Shown here: positions 42,271 to 51,511 of the stretch, in pieces
How positions within the stretch are numbered: position 1 is the first letter of the stretch
How the letters are laid out: every line of letters starts with the position of its first letter
Assembly (NCBI GenBank): GCA_963796105.1
Contig: CAWCKJ010000004.1
Coordinates: forward strand, 1,440,001 to 1,504,000
Origin: a candidate division FCPU426 bacterium
Lineage (GTDB): Bacteria; Oederibacteriota; Muellerivitia; Muellerivitales; Muellerivitaceae
Reading direction: 5' to 3'
Length of the DNA: 64,000 bases
Notes under the pieces: model-generated
The model's database searches: none
Told to the model about the DNA's origin: nothing
What the model saw: only the letters and a program-made list of their open reading frames with translations
Translations under genes and position numbers: made by a program

Positions 42271-42305
42271 AAAACCCCGTCCCGCAGGAGTGGGACGGGG
42301 TTTTT
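42271..42305 (+). terminator. Intrinsic terminator
   Basis: AAAACCCCGTCCCGC-AGGA-GTGGGACGGGGTTTTT. Confidence 0.75.
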
Positions 42306-42557
42306 GATTTCATCGCCGGAAAGCTTCGTCCTCGGCTGGTAACAACTTTTATTTGAGTTGGCATGATCAACCGCCGTCTCTCTTTGCCGAATCTTTTTAA
42401 TCATTCGGCACGCCTAAGCCTTGTTTTTCTGCTTGAAGTCTCAACACAGGGTTGTGGACGGGGACGGATAATAGTCTCGGGCGGCCGGCACATGTTTTTT
42501 ATGAACATGCACTGGCAAGCTTCACCCCTGACTAGTGGTCAGGGATGACTGGCGGAA

Positions 42558-42752
42558 TCACCCGAATGTTCCAGGGAATAGTTTCGAATAGAGAAACAGC
42601 ATCGAGACGCTGAAAAGGTCGATCAGGAAATGCACCGCGACCAGGGGCGTGATCCGCCGCGTCCTTTGGTAGTAAATGGAAAAGAAGAGGAAAAGGAAAA
42701 AAATGGGGATACAGCGGACCCAGCCCTGGTAAAAATGGTACCCTGCCATAGA
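42558..42752 (-). pseudogene. C-terminal fragment of a CPBP/Abi intramembrane protease
   Basis: YHFYQG...YYQRTRRITPLVAVHFLID; truncated at RAYT end repeat copy 3. Confidence 0.7.
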
Positions 42753-42785
42753 AACATAGGGGTCAGGCCATCATTCATCACTTTA
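42753..42785 (-). repeat. RAYT-associated end repeat, copy 3
   Basis: Reverse complement TAAAGTGATGAATGATGGCCTGACCCCTATGTT. Confidence 0.75.
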
Positions 42786-43277
42786 TCAGCTTTTGCGCTA
42801 ACTTCTCATCTTCCGCCAACTTCTTTTAATTTTCAGCCCAGCTATACCATTTTGGGCAGAATATTTGAGGGGTTTCGCGGAAACAACAATTTAAAGAAAA
42901 ACCAGGTAATATTAAAATGTGCCTGGATATTAGGACGTTCCTTGTTGGAATAGTTCCCGCGAGGCCCCTGCCGCTAGGAATGTGACCTAATTTGAGTCGA
43001 TAGATAGTCAGCGCTAATTTGTAAACTATTCATTCCATGACTTATCCACGACGGGGGGCCGGTTCCAATATTGAACCGGCACACCCAAAGAGTGAACCGC
43101 GGCTTGTGGCCGCGGTTCAGGGGAGGGGAAGTACACCAATTTTAAATTCTGAATTATGAATGAAGGTATAAGCAAAAACTGGATAAAAAAACCAATCCTT
43201 CGGCAATTTCAGCATGGGTTTTGAATTTTAAGTTTTGAATTAAATGGCTTGTCCATGATGGGGCCCTTTGGGGTCAA

Positions 43278-43526
43278 CTATTTTTTCAATTTCAAGCGGG
43301 TTTTCATCTCGGCAAGTGAGATGGTTTTTTGTTTTCTGCGGGATTGGATTAAATTCCAAAATTCAGCATTGGTTTCCCGCACAACCGTTTCCCAGTCCTC
43401 ACCCTCAACCCCGACAAGGATGGCTGACGGCTTGCCATGGCGGGTTAATACCACACGGTCCTTTTGGGAGGCATCGACGCATTCTTTTATTTTTTTCTGA
43501 AGATCCCGGACATTGACTGTTTTCAT
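43278..43526 (-). CDS. Phd/YefM family antitoxin
   Basis: MKTVNVRDL...VVLTRHGKPSAILV. Confidence 0.88.
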   Translation of the reverse strand: MKTVNVRDLQKKIKECVDASQKDRVVLTRHGKPSAILVGVEGEDWETVVRETNAEFWNLIQSRRKQKTISLAEMKTRLKLKK

Positions 43527-43822
43527 AAAATATCCTCCGTTCGGCTGTGAGGCGGTTTGTAACGGATGGCCCGCACATAAACAGTTTGTTCCTCCGCGGC
43601 CACATCGTAAAAAACACGGAAATCATCCACCCTTAATTCCCATATTGGCGGCACATTTTGCCAGGGAGGCACTAGGTTCAATAAGATCTTTCGGTTCCTT
43701 GTTTTTGCCGCGGGCTGATGTGTGAGTTGTTCTTCGATCGCATCGAGAATGATCCGTTGGCCCCGTATGGGGATGGGCTTCAGGTCATTCCAGACACCTG
43801 TCGAAAATTGGATATCAAACAT
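43523..43822 (-). CDS. RelE/ParE family toxin
   Basis: ILDAIEEQL.HQP...RNRK, WELRVDDFRVFYDV; ATGA overlap with the antitoxin. Confidence 0.88.
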   Translation of the reverse strand: MFDIQFSTGVWNDLKPIPIRGQRIILDAIEEQLTHQPAAKTRNRKILLNLVPPWQNVPPIWELRVDDFRVFYDVAAEEQTVYVRAIRYKPPHSRTEDIL

Positions 43823-43828
43823 GTATAT

Positions 43829-43856
43829 ATTATTGCATATGCAAATAATGAGTCAA
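43829..43856 (-). promoter_or_regulatory. Sigma70-type promoter with overlapping palindromic operator for the TA operon
   Basis: TTGACT, then an AATAAT/TAATAT -10 just upstream of the ATG; palindrome ATTATTTGCATATGCAATAAT. Confidence 0.55.
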
Positions 43857-44031
43857 GGGGTTGGGGCTTATTCAGAGACCATTAGTTGGATGTTAAGTAA
43901 ACAGTAAATCAGCTTATTCATGACAATTCTTTTATATACTCAGTAAGAGGTAAAATAAGCTGATGGGTAAGCTTATGCCGGTCCACGATGGGGAAACCAT
44001 CGCACCGCAGCGATGGTTCGTTGCCGCCCCA

Positions 44032-44105
44032 TGCCAGCCTTCCATAAAAGATTTATAGAGGCTGGTATTGGACCGATCACAATATGTTTTTATGGATGAT
44101 CGGCA
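44032..44105. repeat. 74-bp CA-flanked double-hairpin micro-element, copy 1
   Basis: CA-TGCCAGCC...GGCTGGTA...ACCGATC...GATCGGCA-CA. Confidence 0.75.
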
Positions 44106-44167
44106 CAGCTTTGCGCAGGGATCATGGTCAACAATAAGTTCAGAACAATTATTAATAGGGAGAAATA

Positions 44168-45253
44168 ATGCCGAAGTTTGAAAAGGGCATGGAACTTTGC
44201 GAGGGGTTTTTCAAGCAGGCCGTAAAACCTATCCTGGCGGGCCATTTCCAGGATCTCTCCTATTCCGCCGGGCGATTGGATTATGGATCGGATGTGTTGG
44301 GGTTTGACACCCCTCAATCCATGGACCACGGTTGGGGTCCCCAGGTGACCTTGTTTGTCGGCGAAAAGGATTACGCCGAGAAGGGGAAGATCGAGAAATT
44401 GTTGGGCGAGAAACTTCCATTTGAGATCCACGGGATTCCCACAAACTTCTCAAAACACGAGGACGGCAATCCCTTTCCAACGCCGACCACAAATAGGCCC
44501 ATCCAACACAAGGTAACCGTGACCACTTCTGAGCGGTTTTTCCGGGAATACCTCGGGCTTGAATCCCTGGATAAAATGGCTGAAACCGATTGGCTCCTTG
44601 TTTCGCCACAAAGGCTCCGGACTATCGCGTCCGGAAGGGTGTTCCATGACGGATTGGGCACTTTGGAAGAAGCCCGGAAAAAGCTGGCCTGGTATCCCAC
44701 GGACCTCTGGATTTATCTTTTGGCTTGCCAATGGCAGAAGATACATCAAATAGAGCCCTTCATGGCCCGATGCGGTGATGTGGGTGATGAGTTGGGCTCG
44801 CGCCTTTTAGGGGCCAGGCTGGCGGGCGAACTCATGGGATTATTTTTTTTAATGGAAAAGCAATATGCCCCCTATTCCAAATGGTTCGGAACCGCTTTTT
44901 CCCAACTCGCCTGCGCCAAGGAGCTGTTCCCGGATTTCACGGCTATTCTTGAGTGCGGCCAATGGAAGGAGCGGGAGAAAAGGTTATCCGAAGTTTACTT
45001 GGCGGCCATCCGGACCCATAACTCCCTTAAGTTAACGGAAACAATCGAGGAAACCATCCAGTCGTTTCACACAAGGCCTTACTTAGTTCCAAACTCCGGC
45101 AGGATAGTGAGCGCGCTTTATGGAGTTATAAAATCCACGGCGGTTTTGGCGTTGCCAAGGCATATAGGGGCTGTTGGACAATTTTCCGATTCCACCGACG
45201 TGGTAGATTCCATTCAGAATATCAGGAAATTGAAATCCATTTACGTTCCTTGA
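44168..45253 (+). CDS. DUF4037 / nucleotidyltransferase-like protein
   Basis: GSDVLGFDTPQSMDHGWGP, GRVFHDGLG, YAPYSKWFG. Confidence 0.85.
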   Translation: MPKFEKGMELCEGFFKQAVKPILAGHFQDLSYSAGRLDYGSDVLGFDTPQSMDHGWGPQVTLFVGEKDYAEKGKIEKLLGEKLPFEIHGIPTNFSKHEDGNPFPTPTTNRPIQHKVTVTTSERFFREYLGLESLDKMAETDWLLVSPQRLRTIASGRVFHDGLGTLEEARKKLAWYPTDLWIYLLACQWQKIHQIEPFMARCGDVGDELGSRLLGARLAGELMGLFFLMEKQYAPYSKWFGTAFSQLACAKELFPDFTAILECGQWKEREKRLSEVYLAAIRTHNSLKLTETIEETIQSFHTRPYLVPNSGRIVSALYGVIKSTAVLALPRHIGAVGQFSDSTDVVDSIQNIRKLKSIYVP

Positions 45254-45459
45254 CATGTTTAAGAAGAGAAACTGGAAAACCGTTAAAACTGCCCTTAAAA
45301 ATTAAAATCTTTAGATTTTTCTTTTTTTATATAGAGGCATCATCCGGATTCTGGACTGGATCAAGGAGTAGATGTACCATTACATTTTAGTCGTGTTGAT
45401 GTTTCCCCCGCTTGAGTGCGGTTGTTTAAAAGGTATCGTTTTTAATTCAGAGGGTTTTT

Positions 45460-45912
45460 ATGTTCCGAAAATCAATGATTGACTCGATCAAAAGGGATGG
45501 TTGGGCTATAGCCGCCATCATGGTTATGCCGGCTTCCCTTTTAATATTCGCTTACCTTTGGACCAATACCATTTCCCCCCCGAAATTCCGTTACGAGAAT
45601 TACAAGGTGATGGACCCTGGTTTGGCGGCCCTGAGGAATTACCGTTTGGGAAAATACCAGGAAGCCGAGAGTGGTTTTTTGGCGGCGACCATGATCCAAC
45701 CGGGCCGCACCGTGCTTTGGTATGACCTCGGGAATACCTTCTATATGGAAGGCAAATACCACCAGGCCATATCGGCCTTCTTAAAGGTATTGGAATTGGA
45801 CCCCAATGATTCTGACGCCAAATCCAACCTCAAGCTTGCCTGCGCCAAGCTCTTTTCCCCGCGGGACAAGCTTCTTCCCCCAAAACGGACCTTATTACAA
45901 AAACCCTTGTAG
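45460..45912 (+). CDS. Membrane-anchored TPR protein
   Basis: TM segment + WYDLGNTFYMEGKY...ELDPNDSDA. Confidence 0.75.
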   Translation: MFRKSMIDSIKRDGWAIAAIMVMPASLLIFAYLWTNTISPPKFRYENYKVMDPGLAALRNYRLGKYQEAESGFLAATMIQPGRTVLWYDLGNTFYMEGKYHQAISAFLKVLELDPNDSDAKSNLKLACAKLFSPRDKLLPPKRTLLQKPL

Positions 45913-45954
45913 GCGCCTGGAAACCAATAGGTTCCGCCTGCGGAGGGAATCTGG

Positions 45955-46566
45955 ATGGACCTTCTTACCGAAGAAGGCCGGGTCCGTAAGATGAAAGTCT
46001 TGAATGAAAGCGGAAAAAGTCACGTGAAATACTCTATCGCGTTGAATTTCTTCGTGCCGGGCCTGGTAGTGAAGAATCTCAAGAAAGTCCAAGTTGAGGG
46101 GGCGGTTGTTTTCGATTGGCGCCGGTCAAAACTAGCCCATTGCACCCTGAAGGCTATTTCCTACAGAAATGGGCTTCCTACCCAGAAGGAATTAAAGACC
46201 TGGATATCGAAAGCCCGGCGTATATTCTCCAAACAGGAACCGTTTGAGGTCACAGTGAAAGGAATGTCGAAGTTTCCAACCGCCCTTGTCGCTGATGTCC
46301 ATTCCAAAGATCTCCTGGGACTCCATCGGAAGTTGTTCAAGGTTTTGCCTAGCAGCCAGCCCCAATACGAAGGCCGGAATTACCATCCCCATGTCTCGAT
46401 TGCCATGATTGACGGGGAGGCTTGGGCCCATCCGCCCGAGAATAAAAATTTCGGAAAATTCAAGGTGGATGAAATCCAACTGATGCTTTGGACCATGAAC
46501 TTCCTGAACAAACCAAAAGTTTTATGGGTGGTTAAGCTGGATCCCAGGTTGGTTGAAAAGGTTTGA
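45955..46566 (+). CDS. 2H phosphoesterase (2'-5' RNA ligase-like)
   Basis: Two HxT/S motifs: HCTL and PHVSI. Confidence 0.7.
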   Translation: MDLLTEEGRVRKMKVLNESGKSHVKYSIALNFFVPGLVVKNLKKVQVEGAVVFDWRRSKLAHCTLKAISYRNGLPTQKELKTWISKARRIFSKQEPFEVTVKGMSKFPTALVADVHSKDLLGLHRKLFKVLPSSQPQYEGRNYHPHVSIAMIDGEAWAHPPENKNFGKFKVDEIQLMLWTMNFLNKPKVLWVVKLDPRLVEKV

Positions 46567-46572
46567 TTAAAA

Positions 46573-47343
46573 ATGGCTATAAGCGACGAAGAACGAACCC
46601 TTTTCCATAAATTCCTTTTGAAAGACCCCTATCGGTACTTGTTCCATCTAGCCGATTTGGATGACCGCTATGCCGATGATATCCGTTGGTTTTTCCGAAC
46701 AAGGGGTGGGGAGATTTCCACGCTGGCTTTGCTGTTTCATAAACCCGAAATACCCGTTTTCCAGATTTTGGAACAGGACAATCCGGACGCCGACCTCCTG
46801 GTTGAGGAAATCCTCCCCCAATTGCCGGACAAGCTTTATTGCCATTTATCCGACGGCCCAGCCGAAATTTTAAGTAAGCATTATCTGACCGAGTCCAGGA
46901 ACCGATTCCTGAAGATGCGGCGGCCCCAGGCGGGGAAGTTGATGATTGAATCTCCGGATCTTCCGCCGATTGTCCGCTTGACTCCCGAACATGAACAAAC
47001 CATCCGGGAATTTGTTCCGGTGGTTTGGTTTGATCCCCATATGCTGAGGGATGGTTATTACTACGGCATTTTCGATCAAGGACAGCTTGTTTCGATGGGA
47101 GGGTCCTCTCTCTATTCCGAAAAATACGGCGTGGCTGTCATTGGAAGCGTTGGTACCCGCGAAAGCCACCTTCGCCGGGGTTTTTGCGCCAGGATTATCA
47201 ACCGGTTGACCCGTGAATTATCAGCGCAGGTCCCTTATGTCGGTTTGAATGTACGGGCGGATAACGAGCCGGCCATTCGTTGTTATTTGAAATGCGGTTT
47301 TGAGGTGCATTCCGAGTTTTGGGAGTGCAGGTTCAACAAATAA
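46573..47343 (+). CDS. GNAT acetyltransferase (FR47-like C-terminus)
   Basis: VGTRESHLRRGF, LNVRADNEPAIRCY...GF. Confidence 0.85.
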   Translation: MAISDEERTLFHKFLLKDPYRYLFHLADLDDRYADDIRWFFRTRGGEISTLALLFHKPEIPVFQILEQDNPDADLLVEEILPQLPDKLYCHLSDGPAEILSKHYLTESRNRFLKMRRPQAGKLMIESPDLPPIVRLTPEHEQTIREFVPVVWFDPHMLRDGYYYGIFDQGQLVSMGGSSLYSEKYGVAVIGSVGTRESHLRRGFCARIINRLTRELSAQVPYVGLNVRADNEPAIRCYLKCGFEVHSEFWECRFNK

Positions 47344-47477
47344 CCCCAACCAATTACTTGGCGGTTTAGCCAAGAAAATACGTGTAATGAAGGTTGTCGG
47401 AGATAGGGTGTTTTTTAAAGTTTTTTACTTTCCTCATCCCCTTGCTGTTTCCTTGAAAACCCCTTAAAACAGTCCCC

Positions 47478-48257
47478 ATGATTTTACGAACCGCTTTCCT
47501 ATATTTCGGGTTCCTAGCCTGGGGATGCCTAGTCCTATTGCCGGTTGTTTCATTAAAGGAAGTGGGGCAGGGTTTTTACCGCTTTTTTGGGTTCTTCTGC
47601 GTCGCCCTCTATACCTTAGCGGTGGGATTAGCCCTCATGATGGGTCCGGCTTTTGACGCTTCCTATCATAGGGCGGCCTGGGCACTGGCAGTTTCCCTCT
47701 TATTTACCCTCTGCTTTACCTTGGCTTTGCGGGTGAGGGTTCCTTGGTTTCTTTGGGCCAACTTTTGGCTGGCGGTAATTGCGGGTGTCCTAGGGATCGG
47801 CTTCTTTCCTTTATACGCTGGTTCTAATGAGATATGGGTTTCCGCGCATTTTATTTCCTCCGCCTTGCTTCTGGGCGCGGTGATCCTAGCCATGATGCTG
47901 GGCCATTGGTACCTTGTGATTCCCAAACTTTCCATCACCCCATTGAAACGCTATTCGGCCCTCTATATCTTTCTCACACTGATAAAGGCCCTGGAACTGG
48001 CGGCGGCCTGGTGGTTATTCAAAGCGGGCGGAAATACCGGCGGTGAGGTTCTTCTCCGGACGGAGCCTGTCTTCGCCCTCTTCCGGGTGGCCTGGGGAAT
48101 CCTGCCCCCCCTGGGGATGGCTTATTGGATCTGGGAGACTGTCAGAATCAGGTCCACTCAATCCGCGACGGGGATTTTATACGCGGCCCTGGTCTGCACC
48201 CTCATCGGAGAGGGAATGGGTTTGTTTCTGACGCTCCAAACGGGTGTGCCGTTTTAA
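47478..48257 (+). CDS. Polytopic membrane protein
   Basis: About 8 TM; AMMLGHWYLV.P, RSTQSATGILY. Confidence 0.75.
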   Translation: MILRTAFLYFGFLAWGCLVLLPVVSLKEVGQGFYRFFGFFCVALYTLAVGLALMMGPAFDASYHRAAWALAVSLLFTLCFTLALRVRVPWFLWANFWLAVIAGVLGIGFFPLYAGSNEIWVSAHFISSALLLGAVILAMMLGHWYLVIPKLSITPLKRYSALYIFLTLIKALELAAAWWLFKAGGNTGGEVLLRTEPVFALFRVAWGILPPLGMAYWIWETVRIRSTQSATGILYAALVCTLIGEGMGLFLTLQTGVPF

Positions 48258-48260
48258 AAT

Positions 48261-48600
48261 CAAAGGCGGTTCACCACAGGGACTCAGAGACTCAGCTAAG
48301 GAAAAATATATTCTTATTAACCACAGGTCCCCTACGGGGACCACGGGGGCACAGTGAAAGCTAGGATTTTTCTAAAGAACAAATTTGTTTTGGAGGGAAG
48401 CGAAAAGAAGTAAAAGGCAAAGGCGGTTCACCACAGAACTCCTCGCACCGCAGCGAAGAGTCGTTGACAGAGACTCAGCTAAGGAAAAATATATTCTAAT
48501 TAACCACAGGTCCCCTGCGGGGACCACGGGGGCACAGTGAAAGCTAGGATTTTTCTAAAGAACAAATTTGTTTTGGAGGGAAGCGAAAAGAAGCGAAAGG
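48261..48600. repeat. Tandem duplication (157 + 183 bp) of stacked element left ends
   Basis: 48261-48417 and 48418-48600 are near-identical except for a hairpin insert in copy 2. Confidence 0.85.
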
Positions 48601-48804
48601 CAAAGGATTCCATTAAAAAATTCAAAATTAACAACAGGCCCATCGCACCGCAGCGATGGGCAGTGCTTCGGAACCACAGTAAAAGCTTATAATTTGCCAA
48701 AATAAGAAGTTGGAATAATTGGGGTGCTAATATGAAAGACAATGAAGTTCAGACAGGATTACTAAGAGGGCCTCGGATATAAGGGAAAGGGACATCAAAA
48801 TCTT

Positions 48805-49206
48805 ATGAATATTTCAAAGTTTAAAGCCATACCAAGTGACTTAAACCTTTTATCCGGAAAAGTAATTAGCGCCGCTTATGAAATTCATAAGGAACTGGGC
48901 CCGGGATTGCTTGAAAGCGTATATGAAACATGCTTGGCTTATGAATTGAAAGAATCGGGAATAAAATTTGAACGGCAAGTACCGATACCGGTTCGGTATA
49001 AAAATGTTTTACAGGAAACTGGTTTTCGAATTGATTTACTTGTGGAAAAACAGTTGGTCGTTGAATTGAAAGCGGTTGACGCGATATTGCCGATCCACAA
49101 GGCCCAACTTCTAACCTATCTTAAATTAAGCGAATGCCGATTGGGTCTTCTGATTAACTTCAATGTGGATGTTTTGAAAAACGGAATCAAAAGAGTTTTT
49201 TTATAA
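48805..49206 (+). CDS. GxxExxY protein (PD-(D/E)xK nuclease-like)
   Basis: HKELGPGLLESVYE, RIDLLV..VVELKAV, AQLLTYLKL, GLLINFN. Confidence 0.95.
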   Translation: MNISKFKAIPSDLNLLSGKVISAAYEIHKELGPGLLESVYETCLAYELKESGIKFERQVPIPVRYKNVLQETGFRIDLLVEKQLVVELKAVDAILPIHKAQLLTYLKLSECRLGLLINFNVDVLKNGIKRVFL

Positions 49207-49260
49207 CCGTATCTTTGAGGTCCTCGTAGGGGACTTGTGGTGAAATAGGTTTTATCTTTT

Positions 49261-49454
49261 AACCACGGGTTTCTTTGAAACCACAAAGGCACAGTTAGAA
49301 TTATTTTTTTTAGATTATCTTTAATGGTGCTTTGTAATCCTCGTGGAGGATCTTTATTAAGTACGCCTATTAAAATTTTATTGTTTTGAATGGCGGAACC
49401 GAAAAGATAGTTTTTTAACCGAGCCTCTGTGGTCCTCGAAGAGGACCTGTGGTT
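49261..49454. repeat. Gene-less GxxExxY-associated element
   Basis: AACCACGG-GTTTCTTTGAAAC-CACAAAGGCACAG ... CTCTGTGGTCCTCGAAGAGGACCTGTGGTT. Confidence 0.75.
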
Positions 49455-49476
49455 CAATCTGTAGTTCTGAGGTTTT

Positions 49477-49914
49477 ATGGAAATAAATACTTTTTGCCCC
49501 GAATGCGAGAATGGCATTTTCTTAAATGAACTTCCCCAGGCTGGGTTGATCCCCTGCAAACGCTGCGGCAAGGGTAGGGAAGCTCTTGGTACCGGACGAT
49601 TGGCGGGTGATGGTTCCATTGCCGTCTGCGGGTTCTGCGGATGCGCTGAGTTTTACCGGCAAAAGGACTTCAACACGAAACTGGGCTTGTGGATGATCAT
49701 TCTGATGGTGGTGATCGCGCTTATCTTTAATAAATGGCTTATTCCGATTCTTGTGGGGTTCGCGGCGCTGGATACTATCCTTTATTTCAGCCTGGGTGAC
49801 ATTGTGATCTGTTATTCCTGCAAGGCCATCTACAGGGGACTGCCTATTTCAAGCCAAACGCAGGGTTTTGACCTCAAAATTCATGACAGGTATGAGTTTA
49901 AAAAGAAGAAGTGA
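49477..49914 (+). CDS. Zinc-ribbon membrane protein
   Basis: CPEC, CKRC, CGFCGC..FYRQKDF, two TM, CYSC. Confidence 0.75.
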   Translation: MEINTFCPECENGIFLNELPQAGLIPCKRCGKGREALGTGRLAGDGSIAVCGFCGCAEFYRQKDFNTKLGLWMIILMVVIALIFNKWLIPILVGFAALDTILYFSLGDIVICYSCKAIYRGLPISSQTQGFDLKIHDRYEFKKKK

Positions 49915-49964
49915 GGGTTGGATTCGATAGCCGGTTTCGTATATTTATAAAAAGAAAACATCTT

Positions 49965-50604
49965 TTCACCACAGGTTTCTTCGAAACCACAAAGGCACAG
50001 TTAGAATTATTCTTTTTTAGGTTTTCTTATCGAAGCTCTTTGGTCCGAATAGAGGACCTTTTTTAAGTATGCCTATTAAAGTTTTATTGTCATTGCTGTT
50101 CAAATTAAATAAAAACCAAGGAACAAAGATAATAAAATTAGAAGTTTTAAATTCTATAAGCCGTTAAGCAAAATCAAGCCCTTTGCCACAGATTCAGGGG
50201 ATGCAGGGGATAAACCGATTCATCACAGAGACTCGGAGACCCTGCTACTACATAGCAAAGGGTGAATATTTTTAGATCGTGTTGTATGGCTCAGCCGACG
50301 GCCGGTGGAAAAATTAATTTTTCCACGATCCGCAGGCAGGGCCATAACGCCCAACGGGCGCAAAGGCAAAGCCTTTGTCACGATCTAGTCTTGTTGTATC
50401 CCATGAATCCCATGCATGCCGACCTTCCTATAAGTAATAAAAGAAGTCGGTATGGTACCAATCTCCAAATAAGCTTTATGGAAGATTGGCACATCTGTGG
50501 CTAAAGTCTATTTTGGACAGGTGTGTTTTATTGTGTTGAAGGATGGAACCGAAAAAGTTGTTGTTTAACCGAGCCTGTGGTCCCCGCAGGGGACCTGTGG
50601 TGAA
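49965..50604. repeat. Composite element: copy of the 49261 element carrying a nested insertion
   Basis: Same ends and filler as 49261-49454, with ~440 bp added between GTTTTATTGT direct repeats. Confidence 0.7.
50417..50491. repeat. CA-flanked double-hairpin micro-element, copy 2
   Basis: CA-TGCCGACC...AGTCGGTA..GTACCAATC...GATTGGCA-CA. Confidence 0.75.
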
Positions 50605-50633
50605 ATAGGTTTTGTCTTCGGAAAGGCAAATAA

Positions 50634-51497
50634 GTGACCGATTCAACCGAAACGCCGAATAACAACCCAGATCCAATCTATGGGAACGAATCGAAGCTGT
50701 CCTTATTCCTGAAACTATTCATCATTCCAGCCTTGATCGTGGCGGTGGCCCTGGGAATTTTCATGATGGGTTCTTTCGCGCTTCAGCATCCCAAATCCGC
50801 GGAGCAATACCTCGAGGAACTCCGTAGCGACAGTACCGAGAGGAGATGGCAGGCCGCCTATGAGTTATCCCGCATGTTGAACCAAGGCGAGAAAATCGCG
50901 GTTGACGATAAACTTCGGGGACAATTGGTCCAAACCTTCGCCGATGCCAAGAAAGACGACCCGAGGATCAGGGAATACCTGGCATTGGTTCTCGGACACC
51001 TTAAGGAAAAATCAGCCGTCCCGGCCCTTTGCGACGCGGTGAAGGACGAATCCAATGACGTAAAGACCTACAGCCTCTGGGCCCTCGGCAATATTGAGGA
51101 CCCTGCTGGAGGCCCCGCGGCATTGGGAGCCCTGGATGAGACCGATCCAACCGTCCGGCGGATGGCGGTGGGGGCATTGAGCGCCCTGCGTTATGCCCCC
51201 GCCAAATTTCCATTGGAAAAGGAATTGGAATCAAGCAACCAGGCTTTGCGGTATGACTCCGCGGTGGCTCTGGCCCGGCTGGGGGATGACAAGGCCATAC
51301 CGACTCTTTTGGAAATGATGAACTTGAAAGCCACCGGACAGCCTTCGGACGCGATGATCCAATCGGCCAAACTGGCCGCCTTGGAAGGGGCGGGGGTACT
51401 CCATAACCCCGAGGTGCGCTCGCAAGTGGTGAGCCTCAGCAAGAACGACCCGGACCTAAAGGTGCGCGAAGCCGCGATTGAAGCGCTAAAAAAATAG
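50634..51497 (+). CDS. Membrane-anchored HEAT-repeat protein
   Basis: TM segment, RWQAAYELS, repeated ALG/LA HEAT units. Confidence 0.85.
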   Translation: MTDSTETPNNNPDPIYGNESKLSLFLKLFIIPALIVAVALGIFMMGSFALQHPKSAEQYLEELRSDSTERRWQAAYELSRMLNQGEKIAVDDKLRGQLVQTFADAKKDDPRIREYLALVLGHLKEKSAVPALCDAVKDESNDVKTYSLWALGNIEDPAGGPAALGALDETDPTVRRMAVGALSALRYAPAKFPLEKELESSNQALRYDSAVALARLGDDKAIPTLLEMMNLKATGQPSDAMIQSAKLAALEGAGVLHNPEVRSQVVSLSKNDPDLKVREAAIEALKK

Positions 51498-51511
51498 AAA
51501 ATCAAAGGCTA

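Noticed and set aside
48261..48680. CRISPR array
   Set aside because: Repeats are unequal, the intervening DNA is duplicated rather than unique, and there are no cas genes in the window.
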